A DNA stretch of 64,000 nt from Candidatus Omnitrophota bacterium (lineage in GTDB: Bacteria; Omnitrophota; Gorgyraeia; Zapsychrales; Fredricksoniimonadaceae): NCBI GenBank assembly GCA_021731625.1, contig JAKFXC010000062.1:4479-68478 (forward strand). The letters are read 5' to 3'. Both the position numbers and the translations under genes were made by a program. Of the stretch, positions 37,892-45,930 are shown piece by piece (position 1 is the stretch's first letter; every line of letters begins with the position of its first letter). Below the pieces are notes generated by a model that worked only from the letters and a program-made list of their open reading frames with translations, was not told the DNA's origin and did no database searches.

Positions 37892-38560
37892 ATGCGCATC
37901 TTAGTCATAGATGATGAAAAAAGGGTGACTGGCTTTATTGCCCGTGGTTTGAAAGAGCGCCATTATGTGGTGGATGTGGCCAACGACTCTCAGGAAGCCC
38001 AGGAAAAGGCCGAAATTAACCCATATGACCTGATTATTCTCGATATCCTTATGCCTGACAAGGACGGGATCTCTATTTGCAGAGAGTTGAGAAAGAACAA
38101 AATCGCCACCCCTATTTTGATGCTGACGGCCCGCAGCGGGGTCAGGGACAAGGTGCGGGGTTTGGACGTGGGGGCGGACGATTATTTGACCAAGCCGTTT
38201 GTCTTTGATGAGCTCTTGGCCAGAGTCAGGGCCTTGTTGCGCCGCGAAGTTAAAGAAAAACAGAATATGTTGCGAGTTGCCGACCTCGAACTCAACCAAT
38301 TGACGAGGGAAGTTAAACGCCAGGACAGGGCCATTACCTTGACCAGCAAAGAATACGCGTTGCTGGAATATTTTATGTTGAATGCCAATGAAGTCATCAC
38401 CCGCACCATGATTTCCGAGCATGTTTGGCAGGAGGATTTCGATAGTTTCACCAATGTCATTGACGTCTATGTCAAACATTTGCGGGACAAGATTGACCGG
38501 GGGTTTGGTAGTTCCTTGATCCAGACCATTCGAGGCACCGGTTATATCCTTAAAGAATGA
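37892..38560 (+). CDS. OmpR-family winged-helix response regulator (CusR/CopR-like)
   Basis: REC domain (DD...D53 ILD, T/K) plus Trans_reg_C; the C-terminal IQTIRGTGYIL resembles the heavy-metal RR subgroup. Confidence 0.85.
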   Translation: MRILVIDDEKRVTGFIARGLKERHYVVDVANDSQEAQEKAEINPYDLIILDILMPDKDGISICRELRKNKIATPILMLTARSGVRDKVRGLDVGADDYLTKPFVFDELLARVRALLRREVKEKQNMLRVADLELNQLTREVKRQDRAITLTSKEYALLEYFMLNANEVITRTMISEHVWQEDFDSFTNVIDVYVKHLRDKIDRGFGSSLIQTIRGTGYILKE

Positions 38561-40104
38561 AGGCATCCTTTTTATCCTCACCGCTCAAAAGTTTAGCAGC
38601 CGCCATTAAATTCAATTCTATCAAGTTCAAGTTCAGCGTGCTCTACACGGTTATCCTGGGCATCATCTTGGTGGTTTTTAGTGTGGTGTTGTATGCCATC
38701 CTCGCTTTTTACCTCTATCAAAATATTGACTTCAGCTTAAAGCTCAAGGCCCGGGAAGTCATGGCCGCAATTGAAAATTATGCTTCACTCGGCGACAAAC
38801 CCCAGGTCTTGGATGCGGCGGTCAAGAAAACGCTGCTTTATCCGGTGGAGAATTTTCCGGTGGGCATGTTTGAGCAGGGCAAGCTCAAGCGCCTGGAAAC
38901 CAAGTGGGAGGAACGGGCCGATGCCATGCGTTTAAGCGACACGGTTATCGCCTTCATTTCGCTGCAGCCGACCCGCGCCATCAAAAGTCGGAATTTTCCC
39001 GCCAAAATGGTCCCTCAATTCGTCACCCTGGCACAACTGTCGATGGGCAGCAAACAGCCGATGTTTTATAACCAGCGGTTTAGCGGGAATGCGTACCGGG
39101 TGATCGCGGTTCCCTATGCTCGGGAAGGCCAGCGAGTTTCGGTCTTAACCATAGGCACGTCTTTAAAACCGATTGAACGCGTGCTGGGCAGCTTTTTGCA
39201 AGCCACCGGTTTGGGGATCCCGCTGGTCTTGATCCTGACCAGTTTTGTGGGGCTATTTTTTGTCAAACGGCTGCTGGGCCCCATCGAGGAAATCGCCCGC
39301 ACCGCCAACCGCATCACCCACGAAGACCTGGACGCGCGCATCAAAACCGAACACTTAGATAGCGAAATTGAATATCTAGTGGGTTCGTTTAATGACATGA
39401 TCGGGCGGCTGGAACGTTCCTTCACCCACATCAATGAATTCAGCTCCCAGGTGGCGCATGAACTCAAAACGCCCTTGGCCATCATTAAAGGCGAGTCGGA
39501 GCTGGCACTGGGGCAGCCCCGCGACGTGGATGAGTACCGTTCCACCATCCGCATCAATATGGAGGAGGCCAGCCGCATGCGCAAGACCATTGAAGACCTC
39601 TTGCTGCTGGCCCGGCTAGACTACCATCCGGAGGGTTTTAATTTTCAGAGTTTTGACTTTGTGGAATTTTTCCGCGAGATTTGCGAGCAGACCGAAATCC
39701 TGGCCGCCGATAAGGGCCATCAGATCAAGGCCGTGTTGCCGGACAGCAAAATCCTCATCACTGCGGACAAACTGCATTTGCGGCGGATGTTTTTTAACAT
39801 CATCGACAATGCGCTAAAGTACACTTTGCCGCCGGGGGAGATTAAGCTGCAGGTGGCCTGCAAAAGAAAAAAAATCCTGGTTTTGATCTCTGACAACGGG
39901 GTGGGCATTCCCGCCCAGGACATTTCCAAAATTTTTGACAAATTTTACCATTCCGACCGCACCGGACAAAATGAGTTCCGCAGCAATGGTTTGGGCCTCA
40001 GCATTGTGCACTCCATTTTGAAAATCCACCATGGCCAGGTGAGGGTCACCAGCCGCATCAACCAGGGGACCACCTTTCACATCATGCTTCCCGCACAGCT
40101 TTGA
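38557..40104 (+). CDS. Sensor histidine kinase (heavy-metal sensor kinase architecture: 2 TM + periplasmic loop + HAMP + HisKA + HATPase_c)
   Basis: H-box SQVAHELKTPL, N/G boxes IIDNALKY, DNGVGI and GLGLSIV. Confidence 0.85.
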   Translation: MKASFLSSPLKSLAAAIKFNSIKFKFSVLYTVILGIILVVFSVVLYAILAFYLYQNIDFSLKLKAREVMAAIENYASLGDKPQVLDAAVKKTLLYPVENFPVGMFEQGKLKRLETKWEERADAMRLSDTVIAFISLQPTRAIKSRNFPAKMVPQFVTLAQLSMGSKQPMFYNQRFSGNAYRVIAVPYAREGQRVSVLTIGTSLKPIERVLGSFLQATGLGIPLVLILTSFVGLFFVKRLLGPIEEIARTANRITHEDLDARIKTEHLDSEIEYLVGSFNDMIGRLERSFTHINEFSSQVAHELKTPLAIIKGESELALGQPRDVDEYRSTIRINMEEASRMRKTIEDLLLLARLDYHPEGFNFQSFDFVEFFREICEQTEILAADKGHQIKAVLPDSKILITADKLHLRRMFFNIIDNALKYTLPPGEIKLQVACKRKKILVLISDNGVGIPAQDISKIFDKFYHSDRTGQNEFRSNGLGLSIVHSILKIHHGQVRVTSRINQGTTFHIMLPAQL

Positions 40105-40223
40105 TGTATTTATATTATTAAAATAAATTAATTTTAATTTCACGTTTTGTTCATACCTCCCTTGGTATCTTTAATACGCCAGCTGACGTGCATTTGACAT
40201 TGTCATAACTAAGGTAAAATATC

Positions 40224-40577
40224 ATGAAAAAAGTACTCATTGTGGAGGACGAACAGAGGATCACCGACATCTATTTGCGTTTACTGGTGCCGGCGGGCTA
40301 TATTGTCCGCTGCGCCAATAATGCGCAGGCTGCCACCAGCATCTTGGTCAGGGAAAACATTGACCTGGTCTTGCTGGACATTAAGATGCCGAAAATCAAC
40401 GGCCAAAAGATATTTGAAATCATCGAAGAGTATAACCCTGACATTAAAGTCATTGTCAGCAGTGTGTATCCGGTCGAGAAGCAGAAGGAGTTGCTGCCGC
40501 AGGCGGAGAATTATTTTGACAAATCCGAAGGTCCCATGAACCTTTTGGCCAAAGTCCAGCATGCTTTGGCAGGCTGA
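40224..40577 (+). CDS. Single-domain response regulator (receiver only)
   Basis: VLIVEDE, LLDIKMP and VIVSS motifs; 117 aa. Confidence 0.75.
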   Translation: MKKVLIVEDEQRITDIYLRLLVPAGYIVRCANNAQAATSILVRENIDLVLLDIKMPKINGQKIFEIIEEYNPDIKVIVSSVYPVEKQKELLPQAENYFDKSEGPMNLLAKVQHALAG

Positions 40578-43110
40578 AACGTCTCGTCTCATGTTTAAAA
40601 AAATCATTCTTACCCAATCCTCACGTGTGTTCCCCACCGTAGATCCTCGCCGGGTGTACGATGTTTTGCGCATCCTGGCGCTGGCCTGGCTCTATTATGT
40701 GGCAGCGATGTGGAGTCTTCAGTTTGCCTTTAAAGAAACCAATGCCTCGCCGGTGTGGTTGCCGTCGGGCATTGCCTTTACTGGCCTGCTGATTTTTGGT
40801 TTCCAGCTGTGGCCGGGCATTTGGCTGGGGGCGTTCCTGGCCAATCTGCATATTTCTTTAGCCAGCCACTTTTTGACAGTCCCCGCCGCTTCGTTTGTGC
40901 TGGCCTTTCTCATCGCCTGGGGCAACACCGCCGAAGCCGTGTTGGGGGTATTTTTACTCAACACGCTGATTGGACGCCGCCTGCCCCGCTTTCGCATCCC
41001 GCACATTCTTAAATTGGCCGGCGTGATTCTGGTCGCCGCTTTAGTCAGCGCCTCGGTGGGGGTGACGGCGGTTAGTTTATTCAAAAGTTTTCCGCCGGCG
41101 GAATATCAGACGATGTGGTACGTGTGGTGGATGGGCGATGTCTTAAGTATTTTGATTTTGACCCCGCTGTTTTTGGCGGCCCGCTATGCGCCGCTGAAAA
41201 TCCAGTCGGCCAAACGTTTTGTGGAGACATTGGCCATGCTGGTGGTCATTGCTTTGGTCAACAGCGTCATTTTTGGCACCAAGCCGGGGATCAATACGCC
41301 GTTTTTTCCAACCATCTATTTGAGTTTACCGATCATGGTGTGGTCCACCTATCGCTTCGGGTATTGGGGGACCATTGCCACGTCGTTTATCACTTTGGTT
41401 TGCGGATTGCAGGGGACCACCAATGGGCTGGGTCCCTTTGTCAGCGCTGATCCGGTGTTGTCGATGCTGCTGTTGCAGTCGTTTGTCGGCATCTTGACGT
41501 TGACAGGGCTGGTTTTGGCCGTGGCGTTGAATGAACGGGAGCGGGCGGAAGAGGAAGTGCGGCGGGGGAGTCTGAGGTTTCAGGGTCTAGTGGAAAACAG
41601 CCAGGATATGATTGTGCTCATGGACGACCAGGCCAGGGTAACTTACATCAGTCCGTCGGTGACTAAAATGCTGGGCTATTCGCTGGAGGAATTTCGTGAT
41701 TACATGGCCTATGTCCATCCCGGGGACAATGCGTATGTGCAGGGTCGGCTAGGCCAAGCTCTTGCCGCCACCGGAAACATCGTGGACGGCCAATGCCGCT
41801 TCCGTCACAAGAACGGGGATTGGCGGTGGATCGAAGGCACGGGCCACAATTTATTGCATGACCCGGCCATGCGCGCGGTGGTTTTCAATTACCGCGACAT
41901 CACGCACCGCAAGGAATGGGAAGAGGACCAGCAGCGCTCGAAATTATCTTTGCAGGAAAGTGAACAGCGGTTCCGATCCATGGCCGACACCGCTCCGGTC
42001 ATGATCTGGATGTCCGGGGCGGACATGATCTGCACGTTTTTTAACCAGGAATGGCTGGATTTCCGGGGCCAAAGCATGGAAGAAGAGTTGGGACACGGCT
42101 GGATCCAGGGCCTTTTCCCCGACGACATCAAGCGCTGCTGGACCCAGTATATGAAATCCTTCAAGGCCCATGAAAAATTCACCATGGACTACCGCCTGCG
42201 CCGGGCCGACGGGAACTACCGATGGATTCTAGCCACCGGCGTGCCGCGCTTTACGGCGGACGGTCATTTTTCCGGGTTCATCGGTTCCTGCATCGACATC
42301 ACCGAGCGCAAATTGGCCGAGGAAGTCTTAAAACGGGACAAAGAAAGCCTGGAGCAGCTCGTCGATGAACGTTCCCGGCAGTTGGTCCAGACCCAGCAGG
42401 AACTCAAACACGCAAGCCGTCTGGCGGACATCGGAACTTTGGCCGCCACCGTGGCCCATGAATTGCGCAACCCGCTGGGGGTCATCCACATGGCGGCCTA
42501 TAATTTGAAACGCAAGAACCAAAATTTCGAGAATGACAAACACCTCATCAACATCGAGAAAAAAGTCTGGGAGGGCAATCGCATCATTGACAATTTGCTC
42601 AGTTATTCGCGCATCAAAATCCCTTCCTATGAGCAGGTGCCGCTCAACAGCCTCATTGAGGAATGCATCGGCGTCACCCGCAGCAAATTCCACGACCATG
42701 ACATCATCATCAAAAAGGAGTACCAGGCCCCGGCGATCAACTTCATTGAGGCAGACCCGCACCAGATGAGGGAAGTGTTTGTTAATATTTTAAACAATGC
42801 CTGCCAGGCCTTCCCAAATAAAACCGGGCAGGTAGAAATCCTGGCCCGGGCTGAAGACTCAAATCAAGTGCGGGTGGTTTTTAAAGACAATGGGGCCGGC
42901 ATTGAGCAGGAAGACTTACAAAAAGTTTTTGAGCCGTTTTTTACCCGTAAGTCCAAGGGGACCGGACTTGGCTTGACGATTTGTAATGAGCTGGTGACCC
43001 TTCACCACGGCAAAATTGAAATTGCCAGCCGCACCGGGGAAGGCACCAGCGTTAACGTGATTTTGCCGATCAGCCGGAGGCATAGTGAACAAGAGGTTGC
43101 TCATCATTGA
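40561..43110 (+). CDS. Hybrid-type sensor histidine kinase with N-terminal MASE1 membrane domain, two PAS domains, HisKA and HATPase_c
   Basis: MASE1-like 7-TM N-terminus (LAWLYYVAAMWSLQFAF...), PAS repeats (DWRWIEG.., NYRWILAT..), H-box VAHELRNPL, G-boxes DNGAGI and GTGLGL. Confidence 0.8.
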   Translation: MLWQAETSRLMFKKIILTQSSRVFPTVDPRRVYDVLRILALAWLYYVAAMWSLQFAFKETNASPVWLPSGIAFTGLLIFGFQLWPGIWLGAFLANLHISLASHFLTVPAASFVLAFLIAWGNTAEAVLGVFLLNTLIGRRLPRFRIPHILKLAGVILVAALVSASVGVTAVSLFKSFPPAEYQTMWYVWWMGDVLSILILTPLFLAARYAPLKIQSAKRFVETLAMLVVIALVNSVIFGTKPGINTPFFPTIYLSLPIMVWSTYRFGYWGTIATSFITLVCGLQGTTNGLGPFVSADPVLSMLLLQSFVGILTLTGLVLAVALNERERAEEEVRRGSLRFQGLVENSQDMIVLMDDQARVTYISPSVTKMLGYSLEEFRDYMAYVHPGDNAYVQGRLGQALAATGNIVDGQCRFRHKNGDWRWIEGTGHNLLHDPAMRAVVFNYRDITHRKEWEEDQQRSKLSLQESEQRFRSMADTAPVMIWMSGADMICTFFNQEWLDFRGQSMEEELGHGWIQGLFPDDIKRCWTQYMKSFKAHEKFTMDYRLRRADGNYRWILATGVPRFTADGHFSGFIGSCIDITERKLAEEVLKRDKESLEQLVDERSRQLVQTQQELKHASRLADIGTLAATVAHELRNPLGVIHMAAYNLKRKNQNFENDKHLINIEKKVWEGNRIIDNLLSYSRIKIPSYEQVPLNSLIEECIGVTRSKFHDHDIIIKKEYQAPAINFIEADPHQMREVFVNILNNACQAFPNKTGQVEILARAEDSNQVRVVFKDNGAGIEQEDLQKVFEPFFTRKSKGTGLGLTICNELVTLHHGKIEIASRTGEGTSVNVILPISRRHSEQEVAHH

Positions 43111-43465
43111 CGATGACGAAGAGCTGTGTATGGAGCTTAAAGAGATTTTAGGCGACGAGGGGTACGAGGTGCACGTGGCCATGGACGGGTTTAAGGCCAC
43201 CGCTCTTATAGAACGTGACCAATATGCCGTGATCATTTTGGACCTTAAGCTGCCGAAAATGAACGGATATCAAGTATTGGAAACCGTCAAGCGCCGGGCC
43301 CCGAACCTTAAAGTCATTGTGTTGTCCGGACGCCCGATGGGAGAAACGGCCTTAAACAACACAGCCGATCCCGAGGTGGAAAAGTCGCTGCAATTCGCCG
43401 ATGCGGTCATGAATAAGCCGGTACTCATTCCGGTATTGGTGAAAGAGATTAAGAAATACGCCTAA
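43085..43465 (+). CDS. Single-domain response regulator (GTG start)
   Basis: LLIIDDDEEL, ILDLKLP and VIVLSG motifs; 126 aa. Confidence 0.75.
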   Translation: MNKRLLIIDDDEELCMELKEILGDEGYEVHVAMDGFKATALIERDQYAVIILDLKLPKMNGYQVLETVKRRAPNLKVIVLSGRPMGETALNNTADPEVEKSLQFADAVMNKPVLIPVLVKEIKKYA

Positions 43466-43490
43466 CGAACGCAAAAATAAGGAGAATCCT

Positions 43491-43919
43491 ATGTTCACCA
43501 AAGATTTTGCCGTCGACCATCCCAGGATCATGATTGTAGATGACAATGTGGAGTTTTTAGAGGAATTGGAAGAAATCCTCTCTCAAAGCGGATACGACAC
43601 CCAGACGCTGCCGGACAGCACCAAAGCGTTGGAGCTGGCCAATGAAACCAATCCAGACCTTATCCTGCTGGATTTGAAGATGAGCCCCAAAAGCGGCTTT
43701 CAATTGGCGGACCAATTGCGGCATTCGGAGAAAATGAAGGATGTCCCGATTGTGGCCATGACGGGGTTTTTTACCGAGCAAGAGCATGTGCTCATGATGA
43801 AACTTTGCGGCATCCGGAATTTTATCCTTAAACCTTTTATGCCGCTTAATTTGATCGCCAAAATTGAATTCGCGCTGGGCCGGCGTCCTTCGAATGAATT
43901 TGACGAAGACACCACGTGA
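43491..43919 (+). CDS. Single-domain response regulator
   Basis: IMIVDDN, LLDLKMS and IVAMTG motifs; 142 aa. Confidence 0.75.
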   Translation: MFTKDFAVDHPRIMIVDDNVEFLEELEEILSQSGYDTQTLPDSTKALELANETNPDLILLDLKMSPKSGFQLADQLRHSEKMKDVPIVAMTGFFTEQEHVLMMKLCGIRNFILKPFMPLNLIAKIEFALGRRPSNEFDEDTT

Positions 43920-44007
43920 AGTTTTTTTAATGGTATATTCATGCCCTCTTCACATGGGGTTTAGTAATCTACATCCAGTAGATTCACTTAAAACTAACGG
44001 GAGGGCC

Positions 44008-44304
44008 ATGATGCGATTTTTAATGATTTGTGTTTTACTTACCATGCCTGTGCTTTCCGCAACCGGCTGTGCGCACCGGGCCAGCACCACCCGGACAGAA
44101 ACAACCACCACCACAGACCGGGCCAGCAACATCGAGCCGGCGCAAGACACCACAATCCAGACCAAGACCCAGACCACCGAAACGAACACCACCGACACAC
44201 CTCACAGCGAGGGGGGTATTTTGGGCGGGACTTTCCATGTGGTGGGGGAAATTTTGGCGTTGCCGTTTAGGGTCATTGCCGGTGTTTTTGACGCCATTTT
44301 TTAA
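44008..44304 (+). CDS. Thr-rich lipoprotein
   Basis: Lipobox LSATGC after a signal peptide, then a TTTTTD/TQTTETNTTDT low-complexity region. The ORF-track start at 43864 is an upstream extension lacking signal logic. Confidence 0.5.
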   Translation: MMRFLMICVLLTMPVLSATGCAHRASTTRTETTTTTDRASNIEPAQDTTIQTKTQTTETNTTDTPHSEGGILGGTFHVVGEILALPFRVIAGVFDAIF

Positions 44305-44321
44305 GAAGGGGGGAGAGGGCC

Positions 44322-44855
44322 ATGAATCTTATTGCTTCGAGCATGATTTTCGGATTTCTGTTGTTATTTTTGGGCCGGAAATTGTTCTGGCTTATGGTGG
44401 GCCTCGCCGGCTTCTGGGTCGGTATGCACTATTCCGCCGTTTGGTGGCCGCAAAACACCCCAGCTATGCAAATGGGCCTAGCGTTGTTCTTCGGCATCAT
44501 GGGCGCGGTCCTGGCCATGGCCTTTGAATGGGCGGCGGTCATGTTGGCCGGGTTTGGGGCCGGCGGGTATTTGAGTTTATATTTTGTCGGGCCTATCCTG
44601 GATCCGTCCTATACGATGTGGATGTTTTTGGCCGCAGGGGTGATCGGCATGGTGGTGATGTATTTTGTTTTTGATAGGGCCTTGATCCTCATTTCCGCGG
44701 TCACCGGGGCGGCGCTGATTGTAACCCATTTAAGCCTGGCGCCGATATGGCAGAGCGTCGTGTTCATTGGCCTAGCGATCGGCGGGGCTGCGGTGCAGTA
44801 CTATAGTTTAGGGGAACGGGAAACGCATTTGGCAGAGCCGCACCCCCAGACCTAA
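44322..44855 (+). CDS. Polytopic membrane protein (6 predicted TM helices), unknown family
   Basis: Hydrophobicity pattern only. Confidence 0.45.
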   Translation: MNLIASSMIFGFLLLFLGRKLFWLMVGLAGFWVGMHYSAVWWPQNTPAMQMGLALFFGIMGAVLAMAFEWAAVMLAGFGAGGYLSLYFVGPILDPSYTMWMFLAAGVIGMVVMYFVFDRALILISAVTGAALIVTHLSLAPIWQSVVFIGLAIGGAAVQYYSLGERETHLAEPHPQT

Positions 44856-44884
44856 TATTTATTCTGGCCCAAACCCAGAATTTT

Positions 44885-45337
44885 TTGTACAATGGCGCTG
44901 TGAATGGCGCCATTGTCTTTTTTTTAACTGTGTCGATGTCCCTCTTAAGCAGCGGGCCCTTGCAGGCGGACCCCTATTCCGTCAAAAAATACAGTCCGAT
45001 TTCTTTAAAAATTGAATTGCCCAAAGACACCTATGCCGTGGGCGAGCGCATCGACGCTAAAATTGTGGTGAGCAGCACCCGCGGCGGGGGTTATCCCGCC
45101 ACATTCAATATCCGTCTCTACCATGGCAAAGACCTTTTCGATGAATACCGGACCAATTTTCCGCGGATTTTTATGGGCCGCACCGAATATGCCTTAAATG
45201 ATTTTGGCATCCCGCCGTTTAATGATTCTCCGGCGGCGGTGGGGGACTGGAACATCAGCATTTTGCAGCAAGACCTGGATGTGTCGAACGCGGCGTGGGC
45301 GACCATCCATGTGGTGATGCCGGAAAGGGAAGAGTAA
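44885..45337 (+). CDS. Hypothetical exported protein
   Basis: Hydrophobic N-terminus; no recognised domain. Confidence 0.35.
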   Translation: MYNGAVNGAIVFFLTVSMSLLSSGPLQADPYSVKKYSPISLKIELPKDTYAVGERIDAKIVVSSTRGGGYPATFNIRLYHGKDLFDEYRTNFPRIFMGRTEYALNDFGIPPFNDSPAAVGDWNISILQQDLDVSNAAWATIHVVMPEREE

Positions 45338-45855
45338 TGCCAGACCTGGACCTGGAAAAAATTTATCTGCTCTTTATCCAATATGGCATGAACGTGCTCG
45401 CTGCGGTGGTCATTTTTATCATTGGCCGCTGGGCAGCGCACCTTATCTCCAACTTTTTTGGGGCTGTATTGGAACGGACCAAGGTCAACTTGACCTTAGT
45501 CTCCTTTGCCAAGCACTTGGCTTTTTACGGGATCATGACCTTTGTGATCATTGCCGCGCTGAACAAGCTGGGGGTGGAAACCACGTCGTTCATAGCGGTT
45601 TTGGGGGCAGCTTCTTTGGCGGTGGGGCTGGCTCTGCAGGGCTCCTTGTCCAATTTTGCCTCGGGCGTGCTGCTTATCGTGTTTCACCCGTTTAGAGTGG
45701 GCGACCACATCGAGGCCGGCGGGGCGAACGGCCGGGTGGTGGAGATCCAGATTTTTAATACCCTGATGGTGACCGATGACTATAAACGCATCATTGTACC
45801 CAACTCCAAAATTACCGCAGATAAAATTGTCATTTTTCCTCCTGCAGCTGCTTAA
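45337..45855 (+). CDS. Small MscS-family mechanosensitive channel protein (TM3 + beta-domain only, 172 aa)
   Basis: The pore-helix motif AVLGAASLAVGLALQGSLSNFASGVLLIVFHPFRVGD..E is the MscS TM3/beta-domain signature. Confidence 0.7.
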   Translation: MPDLDLEKIYLLFIQYGMNVLAAVVIFIIGRWAAHLISNFFGAVLERTKVNLTLVSFAKHLAFYGIMTFVIIAALNKLGVETTSFIAVLGAASLAVGLALQGSLSNFASGVLLIVFHPFRVGDHIEAGGANGRVVEIQIFNTLMVTDDYKRIIVPNSKITADKIVIFPPAAA

Positions 45856-45860
45856 AAATT

Positions 45861-45890
45861 ACCTGCTGATACCTGCTGATACCTGCTGAT
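45861..45890. repeat. Perfect 3x tandem repeat of 10-bp unit ACCTGCTGAT in the promoter region of the first giant paralog
   Basis: Seen directly: acctgctgat acctgctgat acctgctgat. Confidence 0.9.
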
Positions 45891-45930
45891 AAAATTTGCA
45901 TATCCGATAAAATTATGGCACACTTTCTCT

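Noticed and set aside
43864-44007. Upstream extension of the lipoprotein ORF (MNSRWAGVLRMNL...)
   Set aside because: It overlaps the preceding response-regulator gene. The signal peptide/lipobox logic begins at ATG 44008 (MMRFLMICVLLTMPVLSATGC).
45861-45890. Possible CRISPR array
   Set aside because: It has only three contiguous 10-bp units with no spacers; this is a simple tandem repeat. No cas genes are present in the window.
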